Below, piece after piece: positions 25,281-32,000 of a stretch of DNA of 32,000 nucleotides (positions are counted from its first letter, which is position 1; each line of letters opens with the position of its first letter). The notes below the pieces were generated by a model, which was given only the letters and a program-made list of their open reading frames with translations, did not search any database and was not told the origin of the DNA. This stretch comes from an uncultured archaeon (GTDB lineage: Archaea; Asgardarchaeota; Thorarchaeia; Thorarchaeales; Thorarchaeaceae), in assembly GCA_964354495.1 (NCBI GenBank), contig CAYHAA010000008.1:1-32000 (forward strand), given 5' to 3'. A program made the position numbers and the translations under genes.

Positions 25281-28200
25281 GTGAAGCGTCCGAGAAGTAT
25301 CATCTTTCTCACATGCACGTTCATTCTATTCGTGATGTTCTCCATGCACGCAGAGAATCCTCAGGAGATCATCCTCGTTACTAACCCGTCCTCACCACAC
25401 AATCAAGCAGTTCCCGCAGCAAACACCGAGGATTTTGTTGACCTGCTATCGGACCTTCACGCTCCTGCAGATTTGGGCACTCATGATGTCTTTGCTGATC
25501 TTCAGGACCATGGATCTAATTATGATGCCATGACCGAGGAAGACACTGGCGGATCTGCTGTCAACGAATACAGATATATTGATACAGCACCCGGGACGCC
25601 AGCTTGGAGTACGAACGGTTCAGCGCCATATCTCGATGCTCAAGATCAACCTACGAACTATATCTACACAATCACTAACAGTCTTGTATCTGGATGGTTC
25701 GAGTTTGCTGAAACCTCCGGCACAGGGACAGGTCTTAGCGTAAACTGCTCGGTCTATTGGGTAGCGGTTACTGACTCAAGTTTCTCATGGGAGATAGACT
25801 GGACAGGTGATGATGCAGCCGATGCTAGCGGTGGTGTCATCACGACGCAGACAACCTGGGGCTGGTCAGACTTAGGAACAATATCTGGACTTGACACCCA
25901 GACTGAGATTGATGCTGCGAGAATAAGATTCACCTACAATAAGGGTGGAGACCAACCTGACCAATGTAGTATAGACGCTGCTCGTATTGGTATACATCGG
26001 CTTGAAGCACTCAACTACCAATTAGACCTTGAGTGTGCATGGACTGCTGTTGATTATGGCGAAACTAACGGTGAATTATGTATCTATCCTGTCACCGGGG
26101 GTGGATGGCCTACTGAGGATATCATCGTAGATGTCTGGAATGGCACTTGGGTGAGTATGTTTTCGGGCCTCACGCCTGACACTTGGAACAATATAAGCAT
26201 CAGTAGTTGTTTGACGGGCTCTGCCTTTGAGATTCGATTCCTTGGTGGCACAGAAACTGGTGACACGGCACAGTCCACTTGGGAGATAGATGCGGTCCTA
26301 ATACACACATGGACTCCGATCTACGCTCCAGCAATAGATCAAGCACCTACCTTGGACAATCCAAGCGACACGGACAACCTGTATGCACAATACCAGGAGT
26401 ATCAAGTTACGGTCTATGTATCCGATCAGAATGGTTTCGGGGATATCGACTTCCTTGAGATTGGACTATGGGATGATACCTCGACCACAGAGTACTGCCG
26501 ATTCAGGTACGATGAGGACACGAACACTTTCACTGAGGAATATGACGCTGGGACCTATGTTACTCTAAACACAGGAAGCTCCACTGTAACAGAGAGCGGC
26601 AATGATATAAATGCGACCTTCTATCTCACAGTGGACTGGGATTTTCCTGACTCAACTGACTTGGATGCTAATTGCTCTGTGATAGATACCCAGGGGGAGT
26701 CTGCAACTACATGGTATGAGGTCGATTGGGATGTTGAAACCCGTCTTGGCTATTCGGTTACTCCGAGTATCGATGATGGCTCTGGGACTGCAGACAGAGG
26801 AAATCTTGACGGTTCGTTTTCATTGACTGGTACGGTCATCTACTATGATTCTGTGGATGACTATCCTTCTTCCTCAGCAGTCGATGTCTGGGTTTCCGCC
26901 TCTGAATATGGGACAGGTGTCGGTCCTTGGAGCGCCCTGACTCTCGACTCTGGTGCATTCGATGTCACCTGCTATGCTGATGATCAAGTCGGACTAACTC
27001 CAGATACATGCACAGTAAAGATTGTGGAAGAAGGTGCAGGTTCTGATGGTTCTGATTTGTACTTCTCAAGTAGCTTCACAGATACCTACATCGCAGACCA
27101 ATTGATCATCTCCATTACGGATCCAATGGACCAGAGAATCAACATTGGAGAGAATGCAACAGGTATTCTTGTATCGGCAGTCTATGACTATGATGATTCT
27201 CCGTTTGATGGGACATTGACTCTCAATGACACGACTTATAATTATGGGACAGCCGGACGGAGAGGATACAGTGTTTCATCAGCTTCTGGAGACACTCATG
27301 GAGTGTCATTCATCGGGATAGATGACGCCACATACTGTATCTGGGATTCGTTAACAGTTACAATCACGGACCCTGCAGATCAGCGAATCAACATAAACAC
27401 GAATGCAACTGGAATCATAGTTACAGCTATCTATGACTATGATGGAACTACGTTCGATGGAAGCCTCACTCTGAACAACACTCAATTTCAATATAGTACT
27501 GCTCAGATACAATACTATGCTGTACAATCTGTTGCCGGAGGAATCTATGGCATCACTATCATCTCGAGTAATGATGTGACGTGGTTCATCTGGGACTCAT
27601 TGACTATCACGATTGCTGGTCCTTCAGACCAACGAATCGACATAAACGCGAATGCAACAGGAATTGTCGTTACAGCGATATATGACTACGACGGAACCTC
27701 TTTTGATGGGATGCTCACCCTAAACAACACTCAGTATGATTATCCTACGGCGCAGATTCAGTGGTATACAGTGGGCTCAGTGAATGGAGGTATTCACGGA
27801 ATCACTGCCATCTCCTCTAATGATATGACGTGGTGTATCTGGGACTCCTTGACAATCACAATCACCGATCCCGCAGACCAAAGGCAGAACGTGAATGTGA
27901 ACGCGACAGGTATCTTTGTAACTGCAATATACGACTACGATGGTTCAGTCTTTGATGGCGCTCTCAGCTTGAATAACACTCAGTACATTTACAGCACAGC
28001 CCAGAGGCAGGACTATACGGTTAATCTGGTCAGTGGTGGGACTCACGGAATCACCGCTATCTCCGCAAATGATGTGACCTGGTTTATTTGGGACTCCTTG
28101 ACGATCACAATCACCGATCCGCCAGATCAACGAATCAACATAGGCACAGCAGCTACAGGAATCGTTGCAACAGCGATATACGATTATGATGGAACAGCAT

Positions 28201-31200
28201 TTGATGGAACGCTCACCCTGAACAACACTCAATTTCAGTACGGTGCGGCTCAGATCCAATACTATACGGTTCAATCTGTAACCGGTGGAATTCATGGCGT
28301 CACAGCAGTCTCATCAAATGACGTGACTTGGTGTATCTGGGACTCATTAACGATAACAATCACTGACCCTGTCGACCAACGACAGAATGCAAATGTCAAC
28401 GCCACAGGCATCTTTGCTTCTGCAGTCTATGACTATGACGGATCATCATTTGATGGGACGCTCACCCTGAATAACACCCAATTCAGTTATCCGACTGCAC
28501 AACGGCAAGGTTACACTGTTCAATCTGTCAGTGGTGGGGCTCATGGAATCACAGCAATCTCAACAAATGACGCGACCTACTTTATCTGGGATTCACTAAC
28601 CATTCTAATCACAGACCCAGCTGATCACCGTATCAATGTAAACACTGCAGCATCAGGAGTCACTGCTACAGCAGTATACGATTATGACGGAACTGCCTTT
28701 GATGGCACACTCACTCTTAACAACACTCAGTTTACCTATTCCACTGCACAGATTCAATGGTATACAGTCGGGTCTGCAAGTGGCGGAATACACGGAATAT
28801 CCGCCATCAACACCAATGATGTTACTTGGTGCATCTGGGACTCGCTAACCATCACAATGACCGACCCGGTGGATCAACGTATCAATATCAATGCTAATGC
28901 GACCGGGATACTTGTGTCAGCCACGTATGACTATGATTTAACTCCCTATGGTGGCTCTCTAGTTCTGAATGACACGATATACAGTGATTCATCTGTTGGG
29001 CATAGAGGATACACTGTGCTCAGTGCGACTGGCGACGATGCATATGGAATTACTGCCATCTCAGTCAATGACGAAACGTGGTGTATATGGGACCAGGTGA
29101 TTGTTCTTTCGTACTCAAGCGATGACTCCCGGATTGATATCAATACGGCTTGCACGTGCCATGCTGAACTCCGGTATGCATACGACTACAGCTATGTAAT
29201 AGCTGGCATAGTCACTGTCAATGGATTAAGTGCTACCTACTCTGGAGCTAGTGGCATCTGGAACTTCGGTGAGACCCGCGTGAGTGTACAGATGCTCACA
29301 TATGATAATGTAGTCACTTCAGGAAATCAACACGGAATCAGTGTCGTCAATCAGAACGGTCAGACACAGTCTCAGATCTGGGACAGAGTGCAAGTGCAGT
29401 CATATACTGTGACGGACTCCCGAGTAAACGTTGGCGATTCGGTGAATGTTGATGTCACACTCTATTATGACTACGACAATTCTCAAGTGACTGATGGCAT
29501 AGTCACAATAGACTCGATAGTGGCAACCAATCGGGGATCAGGCATCTGGAGGATATCCGTCAGCGAGCTGTCTGTGGTGGGAAACACCTATGATACAGTT
29601 GTAGTGTCTGGGAACTCCTATGGAATAGCAGCCGTTGACCAGAACAGTCAGGCGCAGCTTGTGATTTGGGACCAGGTTGTAGTACAAGGATACGTGGTAG
29701 CCGATGCTCGGGTGAATATCGGCACGAGCGTAAATGTCGATGTGGCTCTCGCGTATGCGTATGACAGCGCACCAGTTATAGATGGTACGGTACTAATCAA
29801 CACCCTCCCAGCCACTCACCAAGGCGCTGGAGTCTGGAGGTTGGTGCAATCAAGGAGCGTCGCACAAGGTGTTACGTACAGCAGCATAGCATGTAGCGGA
29901 AACACTAATGGGATAAGCTTGGTCAACCAAAATGGGCAGTCACAACAGGTCATCTGGGATAGCCTGACGATTACCATAACTAATCCCACAGACCAGCGCA
30001 TAAACATAGGTGAAAACGCATCTGGAATGGTCGTCACAGCTGTCTATGACTACGACTCCACTCCCTATGATGGCACACTCACCCTCAACAATACAGTATT
30101 CACCTATGCTGTCGTGGGCAGACAGGGGTACACAGCCGCGAGTGCAGCTGGTAATGACGCCTATGGGATCACCGTCATACGCGTCAACGACCAGACGTGG
30201 TGTATATGGGACCAGGTCGTGGTCGTTTCCTATTCCTCAGGTGACTCACGTATCAATGTGGGCGCATCCAGTTCGTGCCATGTCATACTGCATTATGACT
30301 ATGACGAAGCAATCGTGGTTGATGGCACTGTAACTGTCAATGGTGTTGGTGCGACCTATTCAGGTTCGAATGGAGTGTGGGACTTCAGTGAGATCAAGGT
30401 AGCAGTCCAGCTCTTTACTTATGACAGTGTTCTAGCGTCAGGTAATACGTATGGCATAGATACGACTGACCAGAATGGGCGGAGTCTCGGCCAGATCTGG
30501 GACAGGGCGCAAGTGCAGTCATATACTGTGACGGATTCTCGCGTTAACGTGGGTGATAACGTAAACATTGACGTGATCTTGCGCTACGACTATGATGACT
30601 CATTTGTGACTGATGGAAGTGTGACCATCAATGGTCTGGCAGCCACATATCAAGGGTTAGGGGTCTGGAGAGCTGTCGATTCTGAATCATCAGTTGTGTC
30701 GAACACCTACAACTTGGTAGTGGTGTCAGGCAATTCTAACGGTATCTCTGTTGTAGATCAGAACAGCCAGTCGCAACAGGTCGTCTGGGACCGCATCATC
30801 GTGAGAGGATTCACTGTCGTCGATGCAAGAGTCAACTTGAATGACATAGTCAACATTGATGTTGAACTCGAATACGAATACGACAGCACTGACCTTATGG
30901 ATGGTTCCGTGAGTGTGAGCGGTGTTTCCGCCACCTATCAGGGACTTGGCATATGGCGAATAACAGTTGCAGAGGCCGCTGTGACTGGAAGCACATACAA
31001 CTCTGTTAGTTGCACAGGGAACGGCCAAGGGATCACTGCCGTATACCAGAACGGGCAGACCCAGCTTGTCGTGTGGGACCAGGTGGCCGTGAGAGGCTAT
31101 TCGGTTGCAGACAGCAGAGTGAATCTGGGCACCGGTGTCAACGTTGAAGTAGCGCTGGAATACGAGTACGATGACAGTCCCGTGACTGATGGTGCAGTCA

Positions 31201-32000
31201 CGATAAATGGATTGAGTGCAAGCCACATAGGATCTGGTGTCTGGCGAGTAACAGACACAGAGATCATTGTGATTTCCAACGTATACAACGCAGTGGTGTG
31301 CTCTGGCAATTCATATGGCATAACGAATGTGAACCAGAACGGGCAGATACAGGAGGTCATATGGGACCAAGTGACCGTGAGGGGCTATTCTGCCTCGGAT
31401 ACCCGTGATAATGTAGGGGACTCAATCATAGTCTACGTTGTGCTGGAATACGAGTACGACGACTCTGATGTGACCAATGGCATAGTCGTAGTAGATGGCG
31501 TTACATTCACCTACACGGGCTCTAATGGCCAGTGGTCCGCCACTAGGATTCAAGCCGCTGTCACCTCGGAAACCTATGATTCTGTGACAGTATCTGGAAA
31601 CACTCATGGAATCACTTCTGTGAACCAGAATGCGCAAGCTATCATAATCATATGGGACAGGGTTCAGGTCCAATCGTATCTTGTATCGGATCCCCGTGTC
31701 AATGTCGGCGATGGTGTGATCGTTGATGTGACACTCTACTATGACTTTGATAACTCACCACTGATTGATGGCACAGTGACCATCAACGGAATCCTTGCCG
31801 CGAATCAAGGGTCCGGCATCTGGAGAATCACCGACTCCGAGGTATCTGTGGGAGATAACACCTACAACAATGTTGCAGTATCCGGGAATACTTTAGGAAT
31901 TACTGTTGTTGACCAGAGTTCGCAGTCCACGACTATCATCTGGGACCGGATAATTGTGATTGCACTCTATTCGGACGATACCCGCATCAATGTTGGCACA
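25281..32000 (+). CDS. Giant secreted tandem-repeat surface protein, >2240 aa, runs off the right window edge
   Basis: Absent from the ORF track because there is no stop in the window. AGGAGG RBS, GTG start and signal peptide MKRPRSIIFLTCTFILFVMFSMHA. The same frame gives coherent protein at checked points 25683, 26043, 27123, 29103, 30003 and 31923, and through the repeats. Confidence 0.92.
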   Translation, partial: MKRPRSIIFLTCTFILFVMFSMHAENPQEIILVTNPSSPHNQAVPAANTEDFVDLLSDLHAPADLGTHDVFADLQDHGSNYDAMTEEDTGGSAVNEYRYIDTAPGTPAWSTNGSAPYLDAQDQPTNYIYTITNSLVSGWFEFAETSGTGTGLSVNCSVYWVAVTDSSFSWEIDWTGDDAADASGGVITTQTTWGWSDLGTISGLDTQTEIDAARIRFTYNKGGDQPDQCSIDAARIGIHRLEALNYQLDLECAWTAVDYGETNGELCIYPVTGGGWPTEDIIVDVWNGTWVSMFSGLTPDTWNNISISSCLTGSAFEIRFLGGTETGDTAQSTWEIDAVLIHTWTPIYAPAIDQAPTLDNPSDTDNLYAQYQEYQVTVYVSDQNGFGDIDFLEIGLWDDTSTTEYCRFRYDEDTNTFTEEYDAGTYVTLNTGSSTVTESGNDINATFYLTVDWDFPDSTDLDANCSVIDTQGESATTWYEVDWDVETRLGYSVTPSIDDGSGTADRGNLDGSFSLTGTVIYYDSVDDYPSSSAVDVWVSASEYGTGVGPWSALTLDSGAFDVTCYADDQVGLTPDTCTVKIVEEGAGSDGSDLYFSSSFTDTYIADQLIISITDPMDQRINIGENATGILVSAVYDYDDSPFDGTLTLNDTTYNYGTAGRRGYSVSSASGDTHGVSFIGIDDATYCIWDSLTVTITDPADQRININTNATGIIVTAIYDYDGTTFDGSLTLNNTQFQYSTAQIQYYAVQSVAGGIYGITIISSNDVTWFIWDSLTITIAGPSDQRIDINANATGIVVTAIYDYDGTSFDGMLTLNNTQYDYPTAQIQWYTVGSVNGGIHGITAISSNDMTWCIWDSLTITITDPADQRQNVNVNATGIFVTAIYDYDGSVFDGALSLNNTQYIYSTAQRQDYTVNLVSGGTHGITAISANDVTWFIWDSLTITITDPPDQRINIGTAATGIVATAIYDYDGTAFDGTLTLNNTQFQYGAAQIQYYTVQSVTGGIHGVTAVSSNDVTWCIWDSLTITITDPVDQRQNANVNATGIFASAVYDYDGSSFDGTLTLNNTQFSYPTAQRQGYTVQSVSGGAHGITAISTNDATYFIWDSLTILITDPADHRINVNTAASGVTATAVYDYDGTAFDGTLTLNNTQFTYSTAQIQWYTVGSASGGIHGISAINTNDVTWCIWDSLTITMTDPVDQRININANATGILVSATYDYDLTPYGGSLVLNDTIYSDSSVGHRGYTVLSATGDDAYGITAISVNDETWCIWDQVIVLSYSSDDSRIDINTACTCHAELRYAYDYSYVIAGIVTVNGLSATYSGASGIWNFGETRVSVQMLTYDNVVTSGNQHGISVVNQNGQTQSQIWDRVQVQSYTVTDSRVNVGDSVNVDVTLYYDYDNSQVTDGIVTIDSIVATNRGSGIWRISVSELSVVGNTYDTVVVSGNSYGIAAVDQNSQAQLVIWDQVVVQGYVVADARVNIGTSVNVDVALAYAYDSAPVIDGTVLINTLPATHQGAGVWRLVQSRSVAQGVTYSSIACSGNTNGISLVNQNGQSQQVIWDSLTITITNPTDQRINIGENASGMVVTAVYDYDSTPYDGTLTLNNTVFTYAVVGRQGYTAASAAGNDAYGITVIRVNDQTWCIWDQVVVVSYSSGDSRINVGASSSCHVILHYDYDEAIVVDGTVTVNGVGATYSGSNGVWDFSEIKVAVQLFTYDSVLASGNTYGIDTTDQNGRSLGQIWDRAQVQSYTVTDSRVNVGDNVNIDVILRYDYDDSFVTDGSVTINGLAATYQGLGVWRAVDSESSVVSNTYNLVVVSGNSNGISVVDQNSQSQQVVWDRIIVRGFTVVDARVNLNDIVNIDVELEYEYDSTDLMDGSVSVSGVSATYQGLGIWRITVAEAAVTGSTYNSVSCTGNGQGITAVYQNGQTQLVVWDQVAVRGYSVADSRVNLGTGVNVEVALEYEYDDSPVTDGAVTINGLSASHIGSGVWRVTDTEIIVISNVYNAVVCSGNSYGITNVNQNGQIQEVIWDQVTVRGYSASDTRDNVGDSIIVYVVLEYEYDDSDVTNGIVVVDGVTFTYTGSNGQWSATRIQAAVTSETYDSVTVSGNTHGITSVNQNAQAIIIIWDRVQVQSYLVSDPRVNVGDGVIVDVTLYYDFDNSPLIDGTVTINGILAANQGSGIWRITDSEVSVGDNTYNNVAVSGNTLGITVVDQSSQSTTIIWDRIIVIALYSDDTRINVGT
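27093..32000 (+). repeat. Intragenic tandem array: 9 type-A units (249/252 bp) and 9 complete plus 1 partial type-B units (288/291 bp)
   Basis: Unit starts (W-D codons; A-D for the first). Type A: 27093, 27342, 27591, 27840, 28089, 28338, 28587, 28836 and 29955. Type B: 29088, 29379, 29667, 30207, 30498, 30786, 31074, 31362, 31653 and 31941 (partial). Confidence 0.92.

Noticed and set aside
26084-31673. Many short track ORFs on both strands inside the giant gene
   Set aside because: Off-frame or antisense shadows of one continuous reading frame.
27093-32000. Regularly spaced repeats considered as a CRISPR array or satellite
   Set aside because: Periods are multiples of 3 (249-291 bp), divergence is concentrated at synonymous sites, and there is no repeat-spacer structure or cas gene; these are protein repeats.
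1-32000. Selenocysteine/pyrrolysine read-through or a SECIS element, which are known in some Asgard archaea
   Set aside because: For the truncated-looking ORFs I inspected, no homologous sequence continues past the TGA/TAG, and I found no hairpin with a SECIS core; the search was not exhaustive.

Overview
Archaeal window, most likely Asgard (Thorarchaeota-like). This is an inference from a Rab-type small GTPase and the style of the large surface proteins; no marker gene is present. Both edges are occupied by large secreted proteins that run off the window and are missing from the ORF track: a right-handed beta-helix (NosD/PbH1) protein on the minus strand (2-1996) and a protein of more than 2240 aa on the plus strand (25281 to past 32000), built from 18 complete and 1 partial tandem WD...YDYD repeats of two related classes. 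Between them is a patchwork of mostly single accessory genes: an alpha/beta hydrolase, an M28 peptidase, a DUF4287/DUF5655 protein, two CPBP (Rce1/Abi-like) intramembrane proteases, three ICMT/PEMT-family methyltransferases, a HemL-like aminotransferase, a degenerate RNase HI-like protein, an 803-aa membrane-anchored surface protein, a Zn-ribbon protein, a Rab-like GTPase fused to a C-terminal coiled coil, an Aur1-like PAP2 protein, a same-strand run VOC-corA-EFR1-QueG-like-ICMT, an MFS transporter and a DUF3795 protein. Two damaged ABC ATPase genes point to local rearrangement or misassembly. I found no rRNA, tRNA, CRISPR array or intact mobile element. All family calls come from motif recognition by eye, not from database searches.
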